54,860 nucleotides of DNA from Carcharhinus longimanus (lineage: Eukaryota), in NCBI GenBank assembly GCA_030264375.1, contig JASCQW010000128.1, forward strand, positions 17,330,463 to 17,385,322. The letters run 5' to 3'. Under the pieces are notes generated by a model. That model saw only the letters and a list, made by a program, of their open reading frames with translations. It did no database searches and was not told the origin of the DNA. A program made the translations under genes and the position numbers. Shown in pieces: positions 12,440-24,835 of this stretch. How positions within the stretch are numbered: the first letter of the stretch is position 1; the number at the start of each line of letters is the position of its first letter.

Positions 12440-12920
12440 GTTGTTTCCATTTGAATAACTTGATTGGTGGCAACTTATCCAGGTGGAGAGGTAACTACTT
12501 GAAACAGGCGCCAAGCATGAACTATTTTCATATGTATCAATTATACTGACTTTTGGTCCTCCCCACAAGTGGAAATTTATTTTCTACGCCTATACTATCA
12601 AGCTCCTTCATAATCTTAAAAGACGTCCAGTCATCCTTCAGGCTTCTCTTTTGCAGGGAAAGCCCCACCCTGCTTAATCTTCCCTGATAGGTATCATCCT
12701 TATAAATCTTCTTTTAAAACTTTTTTAGAAACTTTTTTTCTCCCGTGTCTTATATCAGAACAGTCCACCATATTTCAACAGAACAAAAGGTATTCTACAA
12801 GTTTAACCTAACTTTTCTGCCTTTTCATTTTATCCACCTCAAAATGAACCCCAGTCCTTTGTTCACATGAAAAAAAGTTTATTAACCTGCATCATTGCTT
12901 TTAGTGACTTTGATTTTGTA
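12440..12920 (-). mobile_element. Old CR1 3' fragment
   Basis: cccacaagtggaaattt...cttcataatcttaaaagac pattern of reverse CR1 3' ends. Confidence 0.5.
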
Positions 12921-13295
12921 AATTTTGAGACATCCTCTTATCTTTTAATTCAGTTAATTAATCTTTTATAAGTGCTGAATAAGCCCTCATGGTATATTGC
13001 CCTTTCCACAGCAATGTTTGAGATTGCACTGAAATGGAAAATCATCAAGTACTCTTATAAGGCTATTGGTAATATTGGAAACAATGAAGATCCAACAAGG
13101 GGCATTCTCCCCTCCTAAAGCAGTTCTACCTCTATTTCTCAAAGAAGATGTAATCAACAATGAAACAAAAGCTTGTATTAAACCTTGACTTCAGTGCTTC
13201 ACAGAAATGTTTTAAAAATAAATGTTTTAAAGACACTGAATTACTTAGAGGTATTAGGACAGAGATAATCAAAAGCTTAGTCAGAGAGCTAATTA

Positions 13296-13640
13296 CTTTT
13301 TATTCATTGGTGGGACGTGGGCACGCTGGCTGACCAAATTTATTGCCCATCAGAGGGCAGTTGAGAGTCAACCACGTTTCTGTGGCTCTGGGTTCACATA
13401 TAGGTCTGACCAGGTAAGGAAGGCAGATTTCCTTCCCTAAAGGACACTAATGAACCAGATAGGTTTTTCCAACAATCGACAATGGTTTCATGCTCATCAA
13501 TAGATTTTTAAATCCAGATACTTTTTATTGAATTCAAGTTCCACCATTGGCCATGGCGGGATTCAAACCCGAGTCCTCAAAACATTAGCTGAGTTTCTGG
13601 ATTAATAGTCTAGCAATGATTCCAATAGGTCATTGCCTCC
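13296..13640 (-). mobile_element. tRNA-derived SINE (same family as 53305-53660)
   Basis: ggcagatttccttccctaaaggacactaatgaaccagat core; reverse B-box gggattcaaacccgag. Confidence 0.8.
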
Positions 13641-13859
13641 TCAAAAGCCTTTTCTCACTAAAATACTGACTTGTTTTCTAATGTTTCAATGAAGTACCTT
13701 GGAACATCTTATTACACTAAAGGTATATATCAAGTTGGCGTTATTTGTTCATCATTCTATGTAGCAATAGCAATCAAGTAAGGATCAGGCATGTGTACTT
13801 TTCTCTAGAAAAGAGAATGCTTAGAGATGGCCTAATAGAAGTGTGTTATGAAGAAGGTT

Positions 13860-14195
13860 GATGATGAAGATGTAGGAAAGGTGGTTCCAGTTGTGTGGGA
13901 GTCCCAAACTGCAGATAGTAAGCAAAAGATAACCACTAATAATGAATTGAGAAGAAACATTGTTTGCAAGGAGTGAAGAAAAACTGAAACTTGATGTCAT
14001 AAGCAGTAGTTGAGGTGAAAAGCATACGTGCATTGAAGATGTAACTAGCTAAATAGATGTAGGGGAAAGGAATAGACAAATATACTGATAGGTATAAATA
14101 GATAAAATAGGAAGGGAAGAGGCATATAATATGAAACATCAGCACATCCCAGTTGGGCTGAGTGGTCTGTTTCTGTGCTGTAAATTCTATGTAAA
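13860..14195 (+). mobile_element. Old CR1 3' fragment
   Basis: Ends ttgggctgagtggtctgtttctgtgctgtaaattctatgtaa. Confidence 0.55.
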
Positions 14196-15029
14196 TCAAA
14201 TTTATTGAAGCTAAAGTCAAATTGAGTTAGACCCATACCAGCAGGAAAGACCACATACTGGTCATGAAGCCAAAAGGTGGCTAAAATCCTTCCTATATAC
14301 TGTTACAACAATGACACAAATCCACTGTGGGAAGCAAGGTGGGTAAATTGAGGGGAGGGAAGGGGGCACACAAAAGGGAGAATCTCTGAATTGTTCACGG
14401 TGAATAGTGGCTGATTTTGAAGCAGCAGAAAAGAAAAATAATGAAGTTGAGTATTAGCATCTGCAGTAAATACTGGGAAGGGGAATAACCTGATATTTCA
14501 AAAAGTCAATAACTAGGAATAGCTGGTAAATTACTTACATGCTAAGCTAGCTTGTAAAGATAAATCATACTGCACGTGTTATATCTGTGAAGGTTCCATC
14601 TTTCAATATTTGTAAGGTAAATAATGTCTATCTCAGGTTAGCTATGTGATATACTATGTCAGTTAATTTGCTTTATTACAAGATGTGTGACTTACTGCAG
14701 CCTCTATATGACAGTAAATATTAAAAACTATACCCCAAGGTCTGACAATGGTAACGATATCAAAAAGATCTACTGCTTGTAAATTAGTTCCACACAGCAG
14801 ACTATTCTCNNNNNNNNNNGAATCAGCACTGCAAAGGCTCCACATCACAACAGATTTTTACATGTTGTTCTCCAAGGCCCAAAAAAAAGCCCAATTCAAA
14901 TGATTACACAATTCTGAGAGAAAATATCATGAATTTCAAAAGAACTGCACATAGGCTTGATGAAAATAAAATGAAAAAAAAAATGGTTGCGATGAAATTA
15001 GCACGAAGACTGAAAACATAGTGCTGGAA

Positions 15030-15245
15030 TATTACCTACAAGTTCCCCTACAAGCCATATACCATCCGACTTGGAACGGATCATCATTCCTTCGTGGGGT
15101 CAAAATCCTGAACTCCCTACCAGCACTGTGGATGGGTACACTACACGGACTGCAGTGTTTCAAAAGGCGGCTTATTAGCACCTTCTCAAGCGCAATTAGG
15201 GATGTGCAATAAAAGCTGGCTGAGCCATGAAAGAAATTTTTTTTA
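15030..15245 (+). mobile_element. LINE 3' end (same family as 23225-23668)
   Basis: caccatccgacttggaac...ggtcaaaatcctgaactccct...gcaattagggatgtgcaataaaagctggc. Confidence 0.6.
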
Positions 15246-15519
15246 AATGGTAAAGTGGATTACCAAGTGCAGAGTGATACTAAATATTTGGACATTCATG
15301 TGTTCACAAATTCCTTCACTATTACTTCATAATTTCAATCAGGTTATTGACTTGAGACAATAAATCAAATGTACATGTTTTGAATAAAAGTCAGTAATAA
15401 ATGACTGGAATTCTTGCAGAAAATCAAGATGCACAAATCAACCTACTGACGTATCTCATGGCTTTTGAAAGCTTGTGTGAAACTTTTTTTTAAACAATAC
15501 CCTGAGTAATGTTATCCAA

Positions 15520-18500
15520 TTGTGATCGAGGGGGGTTCTAGGAGCAGTCAGCTTGCCCTTCAATAGAGGACCCAGTGCTCAGCAGGAGGAAGAACATTCA
15601 ACAGAGGGCCGTAATGAGAAGTGACTGAGGAGGATTCTCGGAGAAGTTGGCTCGCTCACCACAACTGAGAAGGGGATCGTGAAGGACCCAGTATCAAAGA
15701 AGACTATTCGTCAAAAGGAAAAGCAGGTTCAGAAAACCCAGGACTCCTTTGACATGTTTAACAGGTATGAAATTTTAGATGTCTATGAAGTAAGCAATGC
15801 GACTGAGTCAGGGGTAGATGACTCAAGGGAAAACCACAGTATCATGGTGCCTGAGGCTACTCTAGGAAAAGAGAGGAAGGCTGGTGGGCAGGTTAGAAAG
15901 ATGGTAGTAATGTTTGATTCAATAGTTTGAGGGATAATGGTCTAGTTTACAGCTGAGATCATGAGTCCCATATGGTCTGTTGCCTCCCAAGTCCAAGGAT
16001 TTGCAACATAACACACAGCTGGTCAAACATCTGGAAAAGGAGGGTGAACAACCAGAGATTGTGGTTTATGCGGGAACCAACATTGGGAGGGATAGCTTGA
16101 AGTCTTGCAAGGTCAGTTTCAGGAGTTAGGGAATAAGTTGAAATGCAGATCCTTCAGGGCAGTAATCTCAGAAATACTTCATAGGCCACAAGCTTCATCA
16201 TTCAGGCAAATATAGATCAGGGAGGTAAATGCTTGGCTTGAGGATGCTGTAGCAGGGAGAGATTCAATTTTTGGTACATTGGGATCACTTTTGGGAAAGG
16301 AGAAAGCGGTTCAGAAGAGATAGGCTTCACTTGGGCCAAAATGGAATCAATCAATCTCCTGGCTGAGAGTAAATAGTGTAAGTGGGGNNNNNNNNNNNNN
16401 NNNNNNNNNNNNNNNNNNNNNNNNNNNNNNNNNNNNNNNNNNNNNNNNNNNNNNNNNNNNNNNNNNNNNNNNNNNNNNNNNNNNNNNNNNNNNNNNNNNN
16501 NNNNNNNNNNNNNNNNNNNNNNNNNNNNNNNNNNNNNNNNNNNNNNNNNNNNNNNNNNNNNNNNNNNNNNNNNNNNNNNNNNNNNNNNNNNNNNNNNNNN
16601 NNNNNNNNNNNNNNNNNNNNNNNNNNNNNNNNNNNNNNNNNNNNNNNNNNNNNNNNNNNNNNNNNNNNNNNNNNNNNNNNNNNNNNNNNNNNNNNNNNNN
16701 NNNNNNNNNNNNNNNNNNNNNNNNNNNNNNNNNNNNNNNNNNNNNNNNNNNNNNNNNNNNNNNNNNNNNNNNNNNGTTCCTAAATTAGAATCTATATAGT
16801 GGAAGGTGAAAAACAAAAGGGAGTAGCGACTTTGTTTGGTATTTATTATACACCTCCAAATAGTGGAGAGGAAGTAGAAGAGAGCATTTGTAGACAGATT
16901 ATGGAAACTTGCCGGACAAGTAGGGTTATTATAGTTGGGGATTTCAATTATCCTAAAGTAGATTGGGAAATGGGTAGAGTGTGGGCCACAGAAGGAAAGA
17001 AATTCCTGCAATGTGTGCAGGAGAACTTTCTGGAATAGTACATTTCCAGTTTTACCAGAGAGGAAGCGGTACTGGATCTGGTCCTAGGAAATGAGTCAGG
17101 CCAGGTGAGAACCTCAGAGTGGGGGAGCAGTTAGGAAATAGAGATCATAATATAGTGAAATTCAATATTAAGTTGGAAAAGGGATAAAAATCATTTACAG
17201 ATTAAGATCCCAGACAGGAAAAGGGAAAATTTTAGGGGTCTAAAAGTTGACCAGGAGCAGGTTGATTGGAAATGTATTTTGGTGAATAAAATAGTGGGTA
17301 AAAAATGGGAGACTTTCAAAGGAGAGATGAATAGGATGCAAGCTAGGTACATACCCGTGAGAAGTAAATACCGGGTATACAATAGAGTACCTGGGAAGAC
17401 TAAAGACATTGATGAGAAAATAAGGAAGAGGAAAGAACCATATGATGCACGCCGAAATAGTAATGGCAATAGAAATCAGAGAATCTCAAATGCAGGAGAG
17501 GGGCTAAGGCTGGAATAAGGAAGGCTAAGACAAAACATGAGGAAAGGACGGCAGATTGTGCGAAAACAAATAGTAAAATGTTCTTCAAACCTAGTAATGG
17601 TACAAGTTTAGTGAAGAATAGAGTGGGGCTCATAAGGGACAAGCAAAGTAAACTGCTCACTGAAGCAGACGGTATGGCAGAGGTACTAAATGAGTGCCTT
17701 ACTTCTGTCTTATCTAAATTAGAAGGTGGTGATAATGGTCCAGTTGAAATATGGGTCTGAGTCTCCGAGCAGTATAATGATAGATAAAGAAGAGGTGTTA
17801 AAAGAGCTAGCAGCACTCCAGGTAGAGAAATCACAAGGCCTGAATGGGATGCATCTTAGATTGCTCAGAGAGGTAAGGGAGCAAATTGCGGAGCCATTGA
17901 CATCAATTTTCCAGGCCTCTCTGAACGCAGGATTAGTCCCAGGAAACAGATTGCAAATGTGACCCTGTTGTTTAAGAAAAGGGCAAAGAATAACTCCAGG
18001 AGATGACAGACCTGTTAGTTTGACTTCAATAGTCTGAAAATCCCATGGAGGCCATAATGTGGGATAGAATAAATATACATTAGAAAAATAAGCTAATACT
18101 AAACAGTCAACGTGGCTTTGTGAAGGGCAGGTCACATCTGACAAATTTAATTGAGTTCTTTGACGAGGTGGCATAAGCAGTGGATGAGGATAGTGCCATG
18201 GAAGTTGTATATTTGAACTCTCAGAAAGCACTTGATATGGAACCATATGGCAGGTTGGTAGCAAATTGGAAATGTTTGGGATTGATGGGTCCTTGGTAGC
18301 ATGGATTAGAAGTTGGCTGAGAGAGAGAAAATAAGAGGTATGTATAGATGGGCATTTCTCAGACTGGAGAAGAGTTGAAAGTGGTGTTCCCGAGGGATCA
18401 GTGTTGGGACCCTTGTCTTTTCTGATATATGTAAACAATTTAGAAATGGGCGGTGAGGGCAAAATCTCTAAATTTGCAGATGATACTAAGCAAGGGAGAA

Positions 18501-19320
18501 TAGTGAATTGTGACGTTGAGCGACTTCAGAGGGACATTGACAAGTTGGCCAAATGGGAAAGCACCCGGCAGGTGAATATCAATGCAGCAAAATGTAAGGT
18601 AATGCATTTTGGTAGACAAAACATGGGGAGACAATACAGGCTCAATGGTAGAACTTTGAGGGGAGTATAGGAGTAAGAGACTTGAGGGTTCAAGTGCATA
18701 ATTCTCGGAAGGTGACCAGGCAAGTTGAAACTGCTAAGGCATAGAGTATATAAGCAAGGAAGTGATGCTACATTTCTACAAATCATTGGTCAGACTGCAT
18801 TTGGAGCAGTGTGTTCAGCTCTGTTCACCTTATTTCAGGAAGGATGTTAAAGCCCCACAGAGAGTGCAAAAGACATTTACTAGAATGATACCAGAAATAA
18901 GGAATTTTAGATACAAGAAAATTGGGCTTGTTCTCCTTGGAGCAGAGAAGATTAAGAAGTGTCCTTATTGAGGTGTTCAAAACTATGAACAATTTTGACA
19001 GGGTGATAAAGGATATTCTGTTTCTTCTTGCTGATATGTCAGTGATGAGAGGTCACAATTTCAAGATGGTCAACAAGAGAGCTAGAAGTGAGATGAGGAG
19101 AAACTGATTTACTCAGTTGTTGGGATTTGGAATGCACTGCCTGGGAGAGTGATGGAGTGGGATTCCGTAGGAACTTTCAAATGAGAGCTGGATATTTGAA
19201 TGTGAGGGCTATGGAGATCAGGCTGGAGAATGGGACTAGCTGGCTAGCTCTTTTGGGACCCAGTGTAGGCATGATGGACTAAATGGCCTCCTTCTGTACT
19301 GTAAAAATCTAGATTCTATT
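15520..19320 (+). mobile_element. Near full-length decayed CR1/HER1-type LINE (ORF1 esterase, ORF2 endonuclease-RT, 3' tail)
   Basis: ORF1 VVMFDSIV and VVYAGTN; endonuclease IIVGDFNYP; RT RPVSLTS, SGVPEGSVLGP, KFADDTK, KCKVMHFG; tail ggcctccttctgtactgta...gattctat. Many stops and frameshifts. Confidence 0.92.
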
Positions 19321-19360
19321 TCTCAGATTATAAATTTGAGAACAACTGTGATTTTAATTC

Positions 19361-20186
19361 TGTTTAGAACCCTGCTGACGTTACCTGCGAAAATGTCTTA
19401 AAACCCTGACGTCTAACTTGAAACACTGGTTCTTAGTAGTTTATATTTTGTTTGGAATAATGTGAAGAACCGTATACAATCCAGTGAGGAACCAGTCCAA
19501 TCACTGTATAAACAATTAATAAAGAGTACTTAAAGTAAAGGAAAATAAAAACACACAAGACTAATATAAACTATGAAACTTAAGTATAACTATACATTCT
19601 GTTTCATCAGAAATTACCTCCTGTTCCCAAAATATACCCACGTTTCCTGAATTCATTAAGACCTTTTTCTTCCAAACAACATCCATTTTAGTAACTCTAT
19701 GTCAAATCCAGCTCATACTTACCACACAATACAGCTTAGATGATCAAGCCAAGGAAACAGGTCTTTTTCTGCTTCAGCGAAGGTATAAAACTGTGACTTT
19801 TAGAAGAAAATATCTGCAATCTACCAATGCATCTAAATGTTACAGCCTTCATAGCTTTGATTGTAGATGGAACTGGCCTATCTGAAGATTTTGGCCTGCC
19901 TGGCTGTTTAGTTGGAAAACTGGCCTGCTTCCCCAATGAGGGTGCTAGCAGTATATTATTCAGCTGCTTTGATATCCCACTGTGTGGATTTGACTATCAC
20001 CTAAATTCCTTGCCTTTAGAAGTTTATCATTTTATATAGCTCCACTGACCTCTGGTAAACAATGTTTCTGATATGGCAATCCATACCTCAATCTCTCTAG
20101 AGTCCTGCTAATCTTGATACTTGTTTGTTCCTTTTGTTTTCATCTCAAGCTCACCGTTAACCGCATTAACTTCCAAATTCCTAACA
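19361..20186 (-). mobile_element. Solo LTR with 4-bp TSD (ATTC)
   Basis: Termini TGTTTAG...CTAACA, with ATTC at 19357-19360 and 20187-20190. Minus-strand TATA (CTATATAAAA) at 20030-20039. Confidence 0.72.
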
Positions 20187-20899
20187 ATTCCCACAGTAAG
20201 AAGATCAATTCATTGTCTTGAATTTTCCTCCCTCAGCATAAACAATTTTTCAACTTGTTCTTGAAGTTGAAGAGGAATCTTCCAAAAAATGCTATTAATC
20301 CAATTCACTAACTTGGAGAGTAGGAATCTTATTCTGTTCAAAACACATTCACTCATCAGGGTTGCTGGCTTCTTTGTTATCATAGCCAGTCATCATTGGA
20401 AAAAGTTTTACATTTTAAGAAAACTATAGGAGAGAATGTACTCAAAAATTTGACTGACTTTTTTTCATTTGACAAGTTCTGCGTGTTATAGTTCAGGGAT
20501 ATTTGATGGCACTCTAGTGGTTTTATTGATTGCCTCTGAAAGTGTCTCTGAAAGGATGTTGTAGTTTATGTTAATATCATTATGAACATTTATTTTGTAC
20601 TGCATGCTATCTAGGAAGAACAATGGATCATTATCTGCAGTTTTGCGTTTGCTGAGAAAGGTCTACCATTAAACATTTTGCTTTTCTAATGATTGTGATT
20701 GTTGCTGAGTTACTTCAATGGTAAATAAAAGTTGCTCTTAAATTGACTGGCAGAGAAAAAAAAACACATAGAGGAAGAAATGATTGAGAAAATAAAAGCA
20801 CAACCTGAAGCATCCATTGGAATTATTCAGTCTTGCAGAGAGCCTGGATGACATGCTGTTGACGTAAGCAGAATGCTCATCATTGTCATTAAAATCTAT

Positions 20900-22200
20900 T
20901 CAAGGAGTTCATGACAAATTATAAATCAGAGGTATTGCATGGTACAACAATTTGCACAATCACATTCCATTTCACAAAGCTGGGTTTCAAACCTGGCTGA
21001 TGGAAAATATTATGACTCTCAGCTACAGAGCCTTATGTGAAAGAAGCATGGATAGTCTTAATCCATTTCTAATCATCATGAATACACAAAATAAAACTAT
21101 CCCTAAATTGGCTATTCACAAGCACAGCTTGAATGGTAAATTGAAGAATGCCATTTTGATGCAGAAGAAATGCCTTTCTGGGATTTGGTGCAGAATCAAG
21201 AAAGCTTCATTCTTCAATCAATGTTAAAGATGACTTGTCCTGCTTGATCTTTCCACTGGACAGCTGAAATGAAAGCTATTCTATGTCCCACAATTCATAT
21301 ATATCTCAGATACTTAAATTATATGTATACGAATTTATAAATCTTTAAAAGCTTCAAGTATACGTAATCTAAGATCATTTTGAAAATTTGTAATCTTTTG
21401 TAATACAAACAGGATGCAACAAAAGTTTCATGTGAAAACTAGGTTGATCAGGATACTTGCAATCAAACAAATTGTTCAACAGCAGGAGAACTACCTGCGT
21501 CTGGAAGGCACTCTTCAGTGACATAAAACGTCATTAACAGAAAGGTTAAATGCTTTTCAAACAGCTGGAATTCAAACTGCCTACTTACAGACCCGTAGCG
21601 TATACTGCAGGATCAATACTTTGTGAATTAAGATGTGGAGCTGCAAACTAACACTGTGCCCTCCACAAGAAACACATCATGCATCTCCACATCAGTTGAA
21701 AAGCCGTTAATTTCAATAGGGGCATGCAGACACAGTCAGAACAAAGCAATCTTGATAGTGTCATTCAACTGCAATGACTCCAAGAAATGGCACAGGAAAA
21801 CAAATTTGACAATCTGCCCTTGAATTTCAACTTCAATGCCTTCAATATAGTGACAGATATTTAGATTGCTAAGCAGAGAAGTTAAGATAAACCAGCAACC
21901 TTCAGCACAATGATGAACTTGCTGGTTACAACACTGCAGTATCTTGATGTATCAGCAGCCTTCAACTGCCAACTTTGACACCTTCAACAGGATTGACACA
22001 CATTGTTATCGCAACAAGAACTAGAAAGAGACTCAAGAAGAATCAATAGTATTGAACCCTATTTACAATGCCACGTGTGGATCCTATGGCAGAAACGTCT
22101 GAACCCCACATGAAACAAATGTCAATGGCACTCAGGCAACAAGAGAAATTTGGATCATCACAGTTCTATAACTCACCACAGAATCCTGAAGAAAAATCGT
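20900..22200 (+). mobile_element. Very old non-LTR reverse-transcriptase remnant (RTE-like)
   Basis: A stop-riddled frame reads WKALF...TYRPVAY...SNLDSVIQLQ*LQEMAQENKFDNLPLNFNFNAFNIV, resembling RTE RT (YRPISL; STxDxIFxLRQLQEKxxE...FIDFxKAFDxV). A similar stretch lies at 20952-21227. Confidence 0.35.
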
Positions 22201-22289
22201 ATCTACCTTTTAAAAACAAGAAGTCACGGCATTGACAAAATCATTTTAATATAAAATGCTTATTCCGTTGCACTGATCTAACACTTCAG

Positions 22290-22590
22290 ATGAGCTGCCA
22301 TAGTTCAACGTTCTTACTTCTAACACAGAAGGTTGTAGGTTCAAGCCCCACTCCAGAAGCTTGAAAACATAACCCATGCTGACACTCCTAGTCTTGTCTT
22401 TAGGATGAGACCACAGATTCCCACTCAGGTAGCAGTAAAAGATCTCAGCACCATTTTTAAGAACAGTGAGTCCTGGCCAACATTTATTCCCTAATCGATG
22501 GCTAAAACAGATTATTTGATCATTATCACATTGCTGCTTGTGGGACCTTGCTGTGCATAAATTGACTGTCATATTTTCCACGATACAACA
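22290..22590 (+). mobile_element. Deu-domain-type SINE (SacSINE-like)
   Basis: cagaaggttgtaggttcaagccccactccag head; ctgtcttt-like/ggatgagac; cagattatttgatcattatcacattgctgcttgtgggaccttgctgtgc. Confidence 0.65.
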
Positions 22591-22599
22591 GGATTTACA

Positions 22600-23170
22600 T
22601 ACAAACATAACAGTTAGGAACAACCCTTTGAGTCTATTCCGCAAATTAAAAAGATCATAGCTAATTTAAATATAATCTCCCACTTACGCCCAATAATCTT
22701 TCACTCCTTGTTTAATCAAGGATCTATCTACATCTGCCTTGAAAACATTCAAAGATTCTGCTTCCACTATCTTTTGAGGTAAGGACTTCTAAAAATTCAC
22801 TCCCTCAGAGAAAAAAAAATTCTCATTAATCTTATTGCTGACCCCTTATATGAAAGAGTGACTGCTAGTTCTAGATTCTCTCACAAATGGAATCATGTTC
22901 TCCACGTCCATCCTATCAAGATACCTCAGGACTTTGTATGTTTCAATCAAGTCACCTCTTGCTCTGGTTGATACAAGCTTAGCCTGTCTAATCATTCTTC
23001 AAAAGACAAAACGTCCATTCCAGATGTTAGTTTAGTAAAGTTTTCTGAACTGCTTCAAATGCATTTATATCCATCTTTAAACAAGGAAACCAATATTGTA
23101 CACAGTAGTTCAGATGTAGTCTCCTCAGTGTCCTGTACAACTGAAGCATAACCTCCCTACTTCTATATTT
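22600..23170 (-). mobile_element. CR1 3' fragment
   Basis: ctacatctgccttgaaaacattcaaaga...ccaatattgtacacagtagttcagatgtagtctc (reverse of RLHLxYCVQYW). Confidence 0.75.
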
Positions 23171-23224
23171 AATTCCCCTAGCAAGAGAGTAACATATTTG
23201 CTTGAAGAGTGGCTAGCTAATATG

Positions 23225-23668
23225 ACAAAGTAGTCCCCTTGATTGGTACCCCTTCCACAAACAATCACTCCTTTCACCACCAACAAACAATGGCAGCCGT
23301 GTGTACCATCTACAAGATGCACTGCAGGAACTCACCAATGTTCCTTAGGCAGCACCTTCCAAATCCAAGACCACTACCATCTCAAAGATCAAGGGCAGCA
23401 AATACTTCAGAACAGCACCACCTGGGAGAAGTTCCCCTCCAAGTCACTCACCATCCTGACTTGGAAATACTTTGATGTTTCTTCACAGTCACTGGGTCAA
23501 AATCCTGGAACTCCATCCCTAAAAGCACTGAGTGTACTTACAACTCAGAGGCTGTTAGTGAAAACAGTGGTTCAAGAAAGCAACAGCTTTTCAAGGACAA
23601 CTAGGGGTGGGCAATGACTGCTGGCTTAGCCAGTGACACCCACATTCCATAAATGAATGAAAAAATGA
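23225..23668 (+). mobile_element. Non-LTR LINE ORF2 C-terminus and 3' tail (distinct from HER1-type CR1)
   Basis: HSFHHQQTMAAVCTIYKMHC...TILTWKY; tail ggcaatgactgctggcttagccagtgacacccacattccataaatgaatgaaaaa. Confidence 0.7.
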
Positions 23669-23674
23669 AACAGA

Positions 23675-24835
23675 GGGTCGCCATAAATGGGTCTTTTTCT
23701 GACTGGCAAGATGTAGAGTGGTGTGCCACAGAGATTAGTGCTGCAGCTCAACTTTTTACAATTTATATTGTTCTGGTTCAGGTCAGAAACTTTAGTGTTT
23801 TATGGAGCCTGCCTGGACTATAAGTTTTGCATCTNNNNNNNNNNNNNNNNNNNNNNNNNNNNNNNNNNNNNNNNNNNNNNNNNNNNNNNNNNNNNNNNNN
23901 NNNNNNNNNNNNNNNNNNNNNNNNNNNATATAGTTAACATGTACTGTAAGAATATTAATAATTTCTATCAAACAATACAAAGCAACCTCAATAATGTATA
24001 ACCCTTAATGAATGGAGGAACGGTCCCAATCAAACCAATCCCATAAACAAAACCCTTCAAACATTTTAATGCAGCACAGGTGTGATACTGGAATTGAGTT
24101 CTTTGGTTGGAGAATTGAAAACTCTCAGTTTTGTAAGTTTAGTAGTCCTCTTGACACACCCAGAACCCCAGGTAGAGTCTTTACAAGTTACTTTCTACTG
24201 TAGGAGTGCCTTCCGCTAATCCATAGAATTTCCAAAATCAGGGAGAGAGACTTGTTTTCAGCTTGCTGTCTCTTCTAAAACTCAAAACCTGCAGCTCCAA
24301 AATGAAAAAGCTCTCATCACCTGACCTGCCAATCAGTTTTTCCTAACAACGCAATGTCATAAACATCCCAGTAAAAATAAACCCCCGTTTAAGCTGCAAT
24401 AAAAGGACATCTCCAGTCAAGATAGCAACAATGATGTTAGCTAAGGCTGTGAGAGCTCCAGAGCGCATGATTTTTAAAAATCTCTTAAAGGTACACTAAC
24501 GTCACAATATAAGTGACTTGGATGAAAACATGCAAACATGTGGTTGCTAAATTTGCTGATAATGCAAAATTAGGTTGGAAAGCAAGTTATGAAGAGGGTA
24601 TAAGGAGGCTGCAAAGGGACATAGATAAATGAGGTGAGTGGTCAAAATCTAGCAAATGGAGTATAATGTGGGAAAATGTGAAAGTGTCCATTTTGGCAGG
24701 TAAAATAAAAAAGATGCATTTTATCCAAATGGAGAGATTGCAGAACTGAGATTCAGGGGGATCTTGGTGTCCTAGTGCAGGAATTACAGAAGGTTAATAT
24801 ACAGGTACAGCAAGTAATTAAGAAAGCTAATATTT
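23675..24835 (+). mobile_element. CR1 RT fragment split by a solo LTR
   Basis: SGVPQRLVLQLNF/FTIYI before 23769, continuing SDLDE...KFADNAK...KCESVHFG after 24510. Confidence 0.78.
23769..24506. mobile_element. Solo LTR with 4-bp TSD (ATAT)
   Basis: Termini TGTTC...GTCACA, with ATAT at 23765-23768 and 24507-24510. Removing it restores the CR1 RT sequence. Confidence 0.8.

Noticed and set aside
16217-17011. Longest ORF (264 aa) and other X-rich ORFs (4477, 4596, 46342, 53005 etc.)
   Set aside because: Their length is an artefact of reading through N gaps; the real parts are LINE sequence.
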